Below, in pieces: positions 1 to 9,605 of a stretch of 64,000 nt of DNA. The first letter of the stretch is position 1; each line of letters opens with the position of its first letter. The position numbers and the translations under genes were made by a program. The notes below the pieces were generated by a model that saw nothing but the letters and a program-made list of their open reading frames with translations, was not told where the DNA came from and did not search any database. The DNA is from a virus (lineage: Duplodnaviria > Caudoviricetes), in the IMG/VR virus record IMGVR_UViG_3300029305_002015, positions 1-64,000 of that record; one strand, 5' to 3'.

Positions 1-1903
1 TCTTGGCAATGTAATAAGAGGTAGTAACCTTAATACGCTTCCGGCTGGTAGGATCAAAGATCTCATAGTAACCAAGATCGATAGAAGTAGCACGACCCTC
101 GAACTCTTCCATCATATTGATTACATCCATCAGCTCATAGTTCATACCGATATTCTTCAGACCAACAAGGTTGCAGTCCAGATACAGAGAGCAACCAGCA
201 CCCATGTCAGGATTAATGGTCATACCATTACGGTTGCGGAACTCATTCAGGTCATACATGGCCTTCTTAACATTCAGGTCAGCGAAGTCAAGAGCGACGC
301 CACTGGTACCAAGAATGGCAAGCTGCTGAGCATCCTTATCGGTAAGAACGGTAGAGTTATTGAACAGACTGGAGATACTATTCTGAATATTCAGATCAGT
401 ATCAGTAGTCATGTTATAGTTAGCGTCAAACATGAAGTCCAGGTTAACACGGGAAGGAGAAAGGATCTTACGGTCCTTATTACCACGGAAAGCCTTAACA
501 TACTCACGAGATAGAAGAATCTTCATCTCGCTTTCAGTAGGACGACGGGTCTCACCACCAACAGTGATTTCCTGGAAGTCACCATCATGACCGCCACTTA
601 GCATGTTACCAACAGCCAGACCAATATTGACACCATCGTACTGGCTATCATCGATTGCACACTCTTCACCTTCATCATAGGTAATGTTGCCAGTATCAGG
701 ATCGATATGGGTTACAGTGTACATCCAACGAAGACCATCATGATGTCTATCAGCAACCATCAGAACCTTAGCACCAACAAAAGCAGAACTCCAGTCAGCA
801 ACGTTCAGAGGGAAGATAGGACCATCAACATCATAAGTCTTAGGAATCTCAAGGTCAGGAGCAACATATGCACCAGTGGCCTTGGTAGTATAGTTACGAT
901 AGTAGGGGATCATCTCGTTAGAACGAGTGTTAAGCTGCATACCGAACAGAGGATCGAAAGAATCCTGAACGATAGCATTTGCAATCTCCAGTTCAGCAAC
1001 ATCTTCTGCAGCCATACCAGAACCAGCGACATAGCGAGCATTCTCTGCAACAATTTCCTTGTAGAAATTGTACATAGTCTCGAAGCTATCATCGAAGGAC
1101 TGGATACGAACAGGAGCAGAACCAGTGGAGAACTGATCAATTACATCAGAGATCAGAGTGCTCATCTCATAACGAGTAGTCTGGAACAGAGAACCAGAGA
1201 ACATGTTAATGACACGAGTCACAGGGCTAGTGGTAAGCAGGTTGAAGCGATACATCTTCAGATCATATTCTTTCTCAGCATCACTATCACGAGCAATAGA
1301 GATAGAATAGTTGTTACCATACTGACCACGACCAATGCTACGAATGAAGCATACAGGAACGGTCATATAACCAGTCTGAGGATCAGCAGTAGGCTTAGCA
1401 AGACTACGAGCAAACTCCTCAATAGCAAGATCGTCCTTAGCACCTTCAACCAGATAAGGCTTGTTGGCATAAGCCAGAGAGAACTTAATCTCAAAACGAA
1501 CCTTACCAGTTTCCTGACCAAGCTCGTCAAGGATCTTACCCTTACGATAGTGAGCCAGGACTACAACGTTAGCATAGGTAGCATTGTCAGGAAGTACACG
1601 ACAGAACCAAACATTGGTGCTCCCATTAAAGAGAACATCAGCCTGAATGGAAGACTGGCCATACTTCTGGAAGTTACCCTTTCCGAACAGAGCTTGCTTA
1701 GTTTTCAGATCATTCAGTCGGACAAAGGTGTTGTCGATACCCGTGTCAGCACCAGTGACTACTACGGTTGCAAACGGTAAATCATCGGAACTGGCAGGAG
1801 TAGCGACTGTTTCATCATACCACGTATTATCCTGGATCACAGTATGCACATGTGGATGGGCATAATAAGGGATGATTTGAACAGTGGATTCCATATTATC
1901 CAT
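1..1903 (-). CDS. Contractile tail sheath protein (3'-partial, runs off window start)
   Basis: Not in the ORF track (no stop in window). Minus-strand frame from ATG 1903 with SD AAGGAG; translates MDNMESTVQIIPYYAHPHVHTVIQDNTWYDE...LFGKGNFQKYGQ, resembling the N-terminus of jumbo-phage sheath proteins; strong codon bias like the capsid gene. Confidence 0.65.
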   Translation of the reverse strand, partial: MDNMESTVQIIPYYAHPHVHTVIQDNTWYDETVATPASSDDLPFATVVVTGADTGIDNTFVRLNDLKTKQALFGKGNFQKYGQSSIQADVLFNGSTNVWFCRVLPDNATYANVVVLAHYRKGKILDELGQETGKVRFEIKFSLAYANKPYLVEGAKDDLAIEEFARSLAKPTADPQTGYMTVPVCFIRSIGRGQYGNNYSISIARDSDAEKEYDLKMYRFNLLTTSPVTRVINMFSGSLFQTTRYEMSTLISDVIDQFSTGSAPVRIQSFDDSFETMYNFYKEIVAENARYVAGSGMAAEDVAELEIANAIVQDSFDPLFGMQLNTRSNEMIPYYRNYTTKATGAYVAPDLEIPKTYDVDGPIFPLNVADWSSAFVGAKVLMVADRHHDGLRWMYTVTHIDPDTGNITYDEGEECAIDDSQYDGVNIGLAVGNMLSGGHDGDFQEITVGGETRRPTESEMKILLSREYVKAFRGNKDRKILSPSRVNLDFMFDANYNMTTDTDLNIQNSISSLFNNSTVLTDKDAQQLAILGTSGVALDFADLNVKKAMYDLNEFRNRNGMTINPDMGAGCSLYLDCNLVGLKNIGMNYELMDVINMMEEFEGRATSIDLGYYEIFDPTSRKRIKVTTSYYIAK

Positions 1904-1963
1904 ATCTACAGACACTCCTTTACTATTTATTTTGATTTAAAAATTTCCAAGGGGTTACCTCTT

Positions 1964-1975
1964 TAATAGAGTGTT
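1964..1975 (-). promoter_or_regulatory. Putative late phage promoter AACA-N6-TA (representative copy)
   Basis: AACACTCTATTA upstream of the sheath gene; related copies at 20139-20150(-), 24011-24022(-), 51335-51346(+). Confidence 0.45.
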
Positions 1976-1991
1976 ACTTACAACTACTGCA

Positions 1992-2705
1992 TCAGTAGTG
2001 TATAATCTTCTCAAGAGGTGATACAGGTTCTTCAATCCCTTCAATCGAGTTATTTATACCATTGGAAATCATATTACCAATATCTTCGAATACCATACCA
2101 CTGAATGTAGATAGGTCCTTAACAACACCACGGACATTACCAGTCTCATAGTCATAACCAGTAGGGTTAGATTGTTTTCCATAATACTGTCCATAACGCT
2201 GTTTCATGTTTTTAGGATTACGATAGATAGTAGCAATAATCATTTCAAAGATCTTCGAAGGAACTTTATATGAGATGCCTGATATTTCTAGGTTACGCCA
2301 CCAGATATCAATAACCTTGGTGTAGTTTAATGTTCTAGGTAATTTACCAGCTAACATCATATCTAGAAATGCATTTGCCACATCTCGACCTTTAGGAATA
2401 GTCTGATGCAAGATATATGCATCTTTTAGGAATTGTAGAGTCATAACATCTTGACTCATTCCATGAACTTTAATAGTTTCATATTTGAAGTCATATACCA
2501 TGATATTGACTTCAGTCGGAAGATTTAGTAATTGAATTGGTCCTTCTTGTCCATTAGGGAATGTCCTAACATATAGAAGTCCAAGTGTCTCAATGGAAGA
2601 TCCTTTATTCGTGGCAACTTTATTTTCGAAATATTCCATTGGAATGTAGATTTCAAGATATTCATTACAGTGGATTTTTCCACCTTCGGCATATAATACA
2701 CTCAT
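1992..2705 (-). CDS. Phage multisubunit RNA polymerase subunit, beta' C-terminal fragment
   Basis: YKVPSKIFEMIIATIYR and STFSGMVFEDIGNMISNG...SPLEKII parallel the beta' C-terminal segments INDKHIEVIVRQMLR and SFISAASFQETTRVLTEAA...GLKENVI; split RNAP subunits are typical of phiKZ/AR9-like phages. Confidence 0.6.
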   Translation of the reverse strand: MSVLYAEGGKIHCNEYLEIYIPMEYFENKVATNKGSSIETLGLLYVRTFPNGQEGPIQLLNLPTEVNIMVYDFKYETIKVHGMSQDVMTLQFLKDAYILHQTIPKGRDVANAFLDMMLAGKLPRTLNYTKVIDIWWRNLEISGISYKVPSKIFEMIIATIYRNPKNMKQRYGQYYGKQSNPTGYDYETGNVRGVVKDLSTFSGMVFEDIGNMISNGINNSIEGIEEPVSPLEKIIHY

Positions 2706-2727
2706 GATTCTTGCCCACCTCCTTCTT

Positions 2728-2925
2728 TTAAATTCTTTGATAATGACTTACTTTCGGGTTCTGTTCCATATCCTTAATGGCAGCATCTATTGAAGGAAAT
2801 ACACATGGGCAAATATGTCCTTTAGAAAGATTTATATATGAGTAGCCACTTCCATCTTTATGGGGAAGAATTACCACTTCAACAACGGAATTATCTTTCC
2901 TCGTAACTAAGTATCTATGAAACAT
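2728..2925 (-). CDS. Small hypothetical protein (65 aa)
   Basis: SD AGGAGG before ATG; sits between terminase and RNAP-like genes on the same strand. Confidence 0.7.
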   Translation of the reverse strand: MFHRYLVTRKDNSVVEVVILPHKDGSGYSYINLSKGHICPCVFPSIDAAIKDMEQNPKVSHYQRI

Positions 2926-2934
2926 AATCTCCTC

Positions 2935-5085
2935 CTAATAAACACTATTCAATGCATCAAAGAATGATGCATGAATGGAAACATCTTCATCATTTTTACC
3001 AGTTGAATTATCTCTAATCCTGCTATATAAACCATCATGGATGAAACCAAAAGTATTTACTAGATCTTTGATTTCGCCTTCAACTCTTGCTGCATCTTCC
3101 ATTACTTCTTCATCATATGACTTTTGAGATTCAGGTTTAAAGAAATTGGCCATATGATCTTTTTCAAGTAATTTCAACTCAGTATTTTCTTCGAGAGTTC
3201 CAATAGTTCCAGGAATAGGATGAAGTTCTTTAATGATTCCAAAGTGTTCAAGATTATCTCCAGTATAATAGATATAAATTGCATGAAGATAAGAAAGAAC
3301 ACAGTCATCATGTTCACCTTGGTCTGCTACAATTTTACCAGTAGAGGTCTTGATAAGTTTACACATATCATCTACTAGGTATTCAGTATTAAGAAGTTCC
3401 TTATGTCCATCTACGTGTTGGAATAAAAGTTCGAACATTGCATCTCGAACTTTCTTAGATAGATAAGTACCATACTTCTTATACTGAGCAGCCATACTTC
3501 TAAGTTCATAATCATCCGCAGATTCTTCTACCATTTCTTCTAGTTGTCTTGCTGATTCAGACCAGTACAGATTATCTCTAATAGAAGTTTCCAATAACAT
3601 TTGGATTAGATAGATGCCCATACTATTCTTTTCAGGAATGAGCACAGCTTTAGGAATATGATTTTGAACTAATTCCAGAAGCATCTTAACTGCATTGGGA
3701 CCAGAGATATATGGAGATTTAAACTCAGCCGCAATTTGAAGGTTATATGGATTAACTATAGTAACTGCAAAGTTATCTCCACCACCACCAGAAGCTGGGT
3801 CAATGCCAACTAAGTATGGAATATTCTCATCCAAATCTTTAGCTCTACCAAACTGGAATCCAGCCCCATGATCATACAAATGGTACAACCACTTTCCACA
3901 AATCAGAAGGTCTTTGGTAGACTTCTTCATATTGGAAATTAAGTATTCAATATCTTCAGGACTAAATGGAGAAGCATTAGAACCACGAAGTCTCTGTAAT
4001 AAAATCTCACGACGGATAGCCATTTTATCACCAGAGAGTTTATACTGTTCCAATACCCAGTCATAGGTTTTACGAACTTGGAAATACTGATACTCCATAT
4101 AGAAGATATCAACTACTTCACGGGTACGTTTCTCTTCACCAGCATGATATTCTTCCTGATAAGCAGATTTATATTCAGCTATTTGAGCATCTGTCATATC
4201 ATAGATCTTTTCAGTCCAAGGAATCATAGACTGAATAATTGGAAGAGCATCTCTACCTTCACGAGTATCTAAGTTACCGGGGGTTGTAGTAAAGATACGA
4301 CAGTGAGGTCTACCTGCAGCAGCTGCGTTTTCAGATGCAGTTTTATATAGAGGAGCGGAGTTAGAAAGAATCTCACCAAAGAATGGAGTATGTTCAATCT
4401 CGTCGAAGTATAGAATAGCACCAGAACCACCACGGCCCATACCTTGAGCATGTGATAAACTAGTAGGTTTAGGATGAATCTCTACGGTATTCTTTAATAA
4501 GTTATTCTCAAGCTTCTCTGTTGCTTGTCTAGACTTTTTAATTTTACCATCTTCTGCCATGTACTTTCTAAACTGAAGCCATTCAGGTAGAAGTTCAATA
4601 TTATTTTTCAAATGAGCCAAGTTTCGTTTGGTGTTGTCTGTTTCTTTTCCGAAGAAGTGAACATGTAAGTTCTTAGATAATTGAACTGCCCAACATACTG
4701 GTCCACCAATAGTACCAGTTGTCTTCCAAGTCTGACGAGGTTCATTAAGACAGAAGTCTTGTGATCGTTCGAAACACCATAAAGCAGCAGCCAATCCTCT
4801 ATGTAAGCCATAAGGAACAACACCCTTATCAGTTCTCATTCGTACCATTGTACGAGCAAAGAACCACATGTTGTTTCTACATTCTTGCATTAGAGCATTA
4901 ACTTCTTGGGCAGTGATATCGGGCTTAAATGGATCAATATCAGCAACCCTTGGATTATCAATTCGAAGCATAAAATAATAATTCTTAATACCGAGAGCTT
5001 TCAATTCTTTAGCAGTTAAAAGAAAACTTTCATTTCGACATCCAAAGTCGTAATATTTACCATTAATCTTTTTAATGTCAGACAC
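2935..5085 (-). CDS. terL: Terminase large subunit
   Basis: Walker A-like EPRQTWKTT, Walker B YFDEIEH, TTPG motif III, RNase H-like GIDPASGGGGD and C-terminal EHDDCVLS; GTG start with GGAGGTG. Confidence 0.9.
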   Translation of the reverse strand: MSDIKKINGKYYDFGCRNESFLLTAKELKALGIKNYYFMLRIDNPRVADIDPFKPDITAQEVNALMQECRNNMWFFARTMVRMRTDKGVVPYGLHRGLAAALWCFERSQDFCLNEPRQTWKTTGTIGGPVCWAVQLSKNLHVHFFGKETDNTKRNLAHLKNNIELLPEWLQFRKYMAEDGKIKKSRQATEKLENNLLKNTVEIHPKPTSLSHAQGMGRGGSGAILYFDEIEHTPFFGEILSNSAPLYKTASENAAAAGRPHCRIFTTTPGNLDTREGRDALPIIQSMIPWTEKIYDMTDAQIAEYKSAYQEEYHAGEEKRTREVVDIFYMEYQYFQVRKTYDWVLEQYKLSGDKMAIRREILLQRLRGSNASPFSPEDIEYLISNMKKSTKDLLICGKWLYHLYDHGAGFQFGRAKDLDENIPYLVGIDPASGGGGDNFAVTIVNPYNLQIAAEFKSPYISGPNAVKMLLELVQNHIPKAVLIPEKNSMGIYLIQMLLETSIRDNLYWSESARQLEEMVEESADDYELRSMAAQYKKYGTYLSKKVRDAMFELLFQHVDGHKELLNTEYLVDDMCKLIKTSTGKIVADQGEHDDCVLSYLHAIYIYYTGDNLEHFGIIKELHPIPGTIGTLEENTELKLLEKDHMANFFKPESQKSYDEEVMEDAARVEGEIKDLVNTFGFIHDGLYSRIRDNSTGKNDEDVSIHASFFDALNSVY

Positions 5086-5236
5086 CCAAAATCACCTCCT
5101 TGAAATAATTAATAGGATTTTAATAAGAGAGTTCGCATATAAAACAGTATGAATTATATATTCTAATTGTGTAGCGAACCAAGTTAACAATACTTTTGAA
5201 AATATATCTATTAAATATGTAAAGGAGTTGTTAAAA

Positions 5237-6211
5237 ATGTTGGAAAGTGTTTTGTTTACCCATGACGACATGGATGGTGCTGGGTGCAGAATTATTTATG
5301 AACTGGCCCATCGACACATGAAGAAGGGTAAAGACTTCATTGTCCTCAACTGCACCAATGGAGGAATTGATGATGATGTCATGAGAACCCTTAAGAGGGA
5401 AGACATCGATAGAACCACTGAAATTTGTTTTGGTGACATTGTCGCCAGCCGTGAGACTCTCGAGTACATTGTTGCGAACTTCTCTATGCCGAAGATCTGG
5501 GATCACCATAGAACTAACTTCTTCGCTACCTGGGTGGTTCCTGATGCTACCATTGTTCCTGAGAATAATCTCGGTGTCATGCAGTCTGGTACTTCTCTCA
5601 TGTATCAGTACTATTCCTCTCTCGATTCTGGAATTGATGTTAACAATGAAAAGTTCCTGGCTGATTTCGTTGATAACATCAGATCCTATGATACCTATGA
5701 GTGGAAGAATACTGATAATCTCAATGCTAAGAAGTTGCAGACCTTGTTCACTCTTCTTGGTATGGAGAGATTCTGTGAGCAGTACATCAACCGACTGATC
5801 AATGATGATAATACTGATCTGATCAACATCGGTGATCTTAAGTTCGTTGAAGCTAAGCTTGAAAACGAGCAGAGGATCATCGATAGCGTTACTCCTGATG
5901 ATGTATATCACATTGACGTTAAGGGTTTGAAAACTGCTTTCGCCCTTGGAGGGTTCGGAGTCAATGGTAGTGAGCTGGCATACCAGTTCCTGATGAAGTA
6001 TCCTGAGTTTGATATGTTTGCCAGTTTCAATCTCTGGCGCGGCGGCGAGTTCAGCTTCCGTTGTACTAGAGATGACATTGATACTGGTAAGGATATCGCT
6101 CTCCCCATCGGTGGTGGTGGTCATCCCAAGGCATCTGGTGCTCCTCTCGATGAAATTCTCAGAGAAGAAATTGTCAACATGCTGATCACTCATCTTAACA
6201 AGGCAGGTTGA
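5237..6211 (+). CDS. DHH/DHHA1 family phosphoesterase (oligoribonuclease NrnB-like)
   Basis: HDDMDG, DHH and GGGGHPKASG motifs; ATG 5237 after AAGGAG. Confidence 0.85.
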   Translation: MLESVLFTHDDMDGAGCRIIYELAHRHMKKGKDFIVLNCTNGGIDDDVMRTLKREDIDRTTEICFGDIVASRETLEYIVANFSMPKIWDHHRTNFFATWVVPDATIVPENNLGVMQSGTSLMYQYYSSLDSGIDVNNEKFLADFVDNIRSYDTYEWKNTDNLNAKKLQTLFTLLGMERFCEQYINRLINDDNTDLINIGDLKFVEAKLENEQRIIDSVTPDDVYHIDVKGLKTAFALGGFGVNGSELAYQFLMKYPEFDMFASFNLWRGGEFSFRCTRDDIDTGKDIALPIGGGGHPKASGAPLDEILREEIVNMLITHLNKAG

Positions 6212-6217
6212 TAACCT

Positions 6218-6628
6218 ATGTTCACTTCCCGAGATAAGCGCTTCTTCAATATGGCAGCACACCTAGCCGACTATGCTACATATAAACGTTACAAGGTTGG
6301 GTGTGTTGTCGTATACCATAACAAGGTTCTCTCTACTGGTTTCAACAGAGATACGACACACCCTCTTCAGAGGAAGTACAATAAGTACAGGAACATACCA
6401 GATTGGAGTCCTCATAAAATGCATGCAGAAGTCGATGCTATTCGCCACATAATTGATTTAGACATTGACTGGAGTGGGGTATCGATTTACATTTATCGCA
6501 AGTTGAAAGATCGTCCGTTTGGATTAGCCAAACCCTGTAAATCATGCATGCAATTAATTAAAGATCTAGGGATCAAACATGTCTACTATACTGGAGATGA
6601 GGATTTCCAATATGAGTATCTTGGGTAA
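6218..6628 (+). CDS. Zn-dependent cytidine/dCMP deaminase family protein
   Basis: HAE...PCxxC (HAEVDAI / PCKSC) deaminase signature. Confidence 0.8.
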   Translation: MFTSRDKRFFNMAAHLADYATYKRYKVGCVVVYHNKVLSTGFNRDTTHPLQRKYNKYRNIPDWSPHKMHAEVDAIRHIIDLDIDWSGVSIYIYRKLKDRPFGLAKPCKSCMQLIKDLGIKHVYYTGDEDFQYEYLG

Positions 6629-6631
6629 TTG

Positions 6632-6669
6632 AAAAGAAAGGGAGGGCCATAAACCCTCCCTTTCTTTTT
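6632..6669 (+). terminator. Intrinsic terminator
   Basis: AAAAGAAAGGGAGGG-ccataaa-CCCTCCCTTTCTTTT stem with T tract right after the deaminase stop. Confidence 0.85.
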
Positions 6670-6692
6670 ATCGTATATTTTGGAGATTCCTG

Positions 6693-6702
6693 TATATATT
6701 AT
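6693..6702 (+). promoter_or_regulatory. Putative early phage promoter, core TATATT[A/C]T (representative copy)
   Basis: Same core at about 5157, 6695, 16768, 24336, 31326 and 63601, each upstream of a plus-strand non-structural gene. Confidence 0.55.
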
Positions 6703-6769
6703 AATGGTGAATGGATATAAAGTATATTTTAGTCTATTCAAGAAATTTGATTATAAGGAGATTAAGAAC

Positions 6770-7171
6770 ATGGCTAACAAATATTTCAATTATGAGAACT
6801 ACAAGGAACTGATCAAGATCCTCAAGAGCAACAGTAGCACTGATGAGAAGGTTACCATGGCTGTCAAAATGATGGAAGACAACATGGAAAGTTTCAATGA
6901 CTACGTAAACACCGTTGTGAATGGCGAAGTTAAGATCGCTCTTGCCTATGCAACACTGGAGGGTCAGGAGCTGCGTGATCGTGTTATGGAACTTGATTAC
7001 AGAAGAAGATGTTCCCATGAAGCAGCAATCTCCTCCGTTGGCATCTGTAACCGAATCGCCAGTATGTATGGCGTTGGTAACATTTATGAAGGTGAGATCA
7101 CCGATCGTTACCAGGTCGCCGACTTCTGTCAGGAAGTCGTCAATGATCTGTTTACCAATCGCAGTAAGTAA
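6770..7171 (+). CDS. Hypothetical protein, DUF3232-like (133 aa)
   Basis: True start taken as ATG 6770 after AAGGAG (track start 6680 runs through the promoter); LDYRRRCSHEAAISS...NRIA...DRYQVADF resembles clostridial DUF3232. Confidence 0.55.
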   Translation: MANKYFNYENYKELIKILKSNSSTDEKVTMAVKMMEDNMESFNDYVNTVVNGEVKIALAYATLEGQELRDRVMELDYRRRCSHEAAISSVGICNRIASMYGVGNIYEGEITDRYQVADFCQEVVNDLFTNRSK

Positions 7172-7210
7172 AAATAAAGGTGGGGCGATAAACCCCACCT
7201 TTATTTTTTT
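7170..7210. terminator. Bidirectional intrinsic terminator
   Basis: AAAATAAAGGTGGGG-cgataaa-CCCCACCTTTATTTT between convergent genes. Confidence 0.85.
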
Positions 7211-7212
7211 AT

Positions 7213-9444
7213 TTAACCTTCATACCCCTTAGGATATTTGATATCAATGATTGGACGGTCATTAGGATTAACAATCTTTACTTCCATGATCTTTTTGAAA
7301 CAAGCAAGAAGCTGGGTTCTTAATGATTCAAGATAAGGTTTAGAATGAGGAACAATATATTTTTTACTGCCAACTTCAAGCAGTTCAATATACCATTCAA
7401 CAATTTCAATCTTACCTAAACAATAGGATGAAATCATCATCTTATCATTAGCATCACGGATAGCTTCAGTTTCAATTGTAATGTATGCAACAAGATCTGC
7501 AGGAATCTTCTTAAGTTTCTTAACTCCCCACTTCTCCTGTAGATACTTTACTTCAGGATTCTTCTGTCTATGAAGCCAATCACGATCAATATGAGACTCA
7601 GCAAATTCTTCATTGTGTGCTTCAAGAATATTTTCAAATCCACCAAAGAAATAGTTATTAACTGCATCAGATAGATATTGAAGTTGAATTACATTTTCAT
7701 TCATAGGATCACAAGACTCACGTAGAGCCTTGACCATCTTATCTATATCCTCAACAATCTGTTTCTTTTCCTTTTCAGGAGCAGCATAGCGAGTATAGAT
7801 ATTACGAATGAATTGATTTACAGTCTTAATATCTTCCTGAGAGATCTTGAAGGTATCCTTATTATCCATCTTCACATCATCAAAGATGAATAACAACTGC
7901 ATAGGACAAGTAATGATACCACTAAGTTTAGTAGTAGAGATAAGATGTTTCATCTCATGGTTAAGTTTCATAGCTTCTACCATAAGCTTATCACTATACT
8001 TAGTTAACCCAGAATCATAGTACTTGATAGCAGCTTTAAAGAAGTTATAAGCATCATCAGGATTCTTCATAGTATGGAAGATACGAGGAGACATTCTAAT
8101 ATTAATTTCAGGATGTCTACGAATCAAACCATTGATAGTTTCTCTACCTTGAATAAATCTAGATACAAAGTCCTGAGTCATCTTAGGTACTTTGAATTCA
8201 AATGTAAAGAAAGACTGGTAACTATCAAGAGTGATAGTCATTTTACGGAATCCCTTAGCCCAGAGAGGAAGTAGATTCTTGCTAATAATATTGGCATAAA
8301 TATTAGCAGTATACTGAGTTACCTTATAATCCTTCTTTTCAGCAATACCAGTAATAATACCTTGAGACAAAGATCTGAGAGTGCGTTTAGCTTCAGCTTC
8401 ACTCATATCAGTATTATATTCAGGCTTCTCATTATTAGCTTCTAAGAAAGGATCAAAGACAATATCAGTAGACTCTTTAATCTCATCTTCTTTTTTCTTA
8501 GGCTCTATATCTTTTTCTTCTTTAGCTTCAGTTTTCTCAAGCCATTCCCAAACCTTTTCAGCATAGAAAGAATCTAAAGCTACCGTAAATGTGTATGTAG
8601 AACCATTTTCAGACACATAAAGTCTCTTGGTAGGATCATCAATGATATTTTCCATCATTACCTTAGTTGATTCTTTATGGAAATTATCAATATCACATTC
8701 AACAATATCTACATCACCATGAATAATTCCATTTTGTTTACGTAGACATACAATCTTATCAGCTCGATTATAGTTCCCTGCTAAGAAGTCAGCAGCCAAC
8801 TGAGCACTACTTTCTTGTAGTTTAGTCTGAATGGATTCCATTACTCCATTCATAGTATTATTAATTACATCCTGTGCACCTACAGGAAGTTCATATAATT
8901 CAGCAAACATTCTCTCATATGTAACTTCACTATCAGCACTTTCTTTCATAGGCTTAATACGTTTAATCTTCTGATCTTCAAACAGTTCCCAGATAACAGC
9001 AGCCATTTTAGATGAAGTCCAAACATCAAAACCTTCAAAAGGTTCACCATGCTCACTCTCACAAGTGAGTTTCATATCAAACTGTTTACGAACTTTAACC
9101 TTTAGATCCTGATGGACATGTCTAAAGAAATCGTGTAACAATTCATGATTAATATCATTGCGATGATTCATAACATGACCAGTTAATTGAATCATACAAC
9201 TAAATCTCTTACCCTGTTTATATACACGAACAGAACCAATCTGAGTTCCATTAGTAGGTTGAGCACAGAACTCATCAATGGCAGATTTAGCCCAATCCTC
9301 ATTACGAATAGGATCGTATGCTTTATCTTCCCATACCTCTTTACAAACAGAGAGTAGTTGTTTATGAATGTTCATAACCTTGAGCTGAATAGCTTCAGGT
9401 AAATCACCTAGATAGCCATCTTTAACTTGTTTACTAATAGCCAT
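7213..9444 (-). CDS. Putative virion head protein
   Basis: Long ORF next to the capsid gene; many hydrophobic-x-E-[SA] motifs; start placed at ATG 9444 after GGAG. Confidence 0.5.
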   Translation of the reverse strand: MAISKQVKDGYLGDLPEAIQLKVMNIHKQLLSVCKEVWEDKAYDPIRNEDWAKSAIDEFCAQPTNGTQIGSVRVYKQGKRFSCMIQLTGHVMNHRNDINHELLHDFFRHVHQDLKVKVRKQFDMKLTCESEHGEPFEGFDVWTSSKMAAVIWELFEDQKIKRIKPMKESADSEVTYERMFAELYELPVGAQDVINNTMNGVMESIQTKLQESSAQLAADFLAGNYNRADKIVCLRKQNGIIHGDVDIVECDIDNFHKESTKVMMENIIDDPTKRLYVSENGSTYTFTVALDSFYAEKVWEWLEKTEAKEEKDIEPKKKEDEIKESTDIVFDPFLEANNEKPEYNTDMSEAEAKRTLRSLSQGIITGIAEKKDYKVTQYTANIYANIISKNLLPLWAKGFRKMTITLDSYQSFFTFEFKVPKMTQDFVSRFIQGRETINGLIRRHPEINIRMSPRIFHTMKNPDDAYNFFKAAIKYYDSGLTKYSDKLMVEAMKLNHEMKHLISTTKLSGIITCPMQLLFIFDDVKMDNKDTFKISQEDIKTVNQFIRNIYTRYAAPEKEKKQIVEDIDKMVKALRESCDPMNENVIQLQYLSDAVNNYFFGGFENILEAHNEEFAESHIDRDWLHRQKNPEVKYLQEKWGVKKLKKIPADLVAYITIETEAIRDANDKMMISSYCLGKIEIVEWYIELLEVGSKKYIVPHSKPYLESLRTQLLACFKKIMEVKIVNPNDRPIIDIKYPKGYEG

Positions 9445-9507
9445 AATATAGTCACACTCCATTTCTATGTTAATTTAATATTTAAACGTTATTAACTAGT
9501 CGGTGGA

Positions 9508-9551
9508 TAAAATAGATATAGTAGCCGGGTATTATACCCGGCTACTATATC
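9508..9551 (-). terminator. Intrinsic terminator of the capsid operon
   Basis: 16-bp stem GATATAGTAGCCGGGT/ACCCGGCTACTATATC followed by TATTTT on the minus strand. Confidence 0.8.
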
Positions 9552-9605
9552 CTATATTGGAAGGAGGCTGACTATGATAGACTTCTAAGCGCAGTCCATT
9601 ATAGA

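Noticed and set aside
707-1780. 357-aa plus-strand ORF
   Set aside because: Antisense shadow of the minus-strand sheath gene; no SD, unnatural S/T/I/R-rich composition
5231-6262. 343-aa minus-strand ORF (likewise 6734-7198, 27952-28584, 59700-60401)
   Set aside because: Fully overlap motif-bearing genes on the opposite strand and lack RBSs
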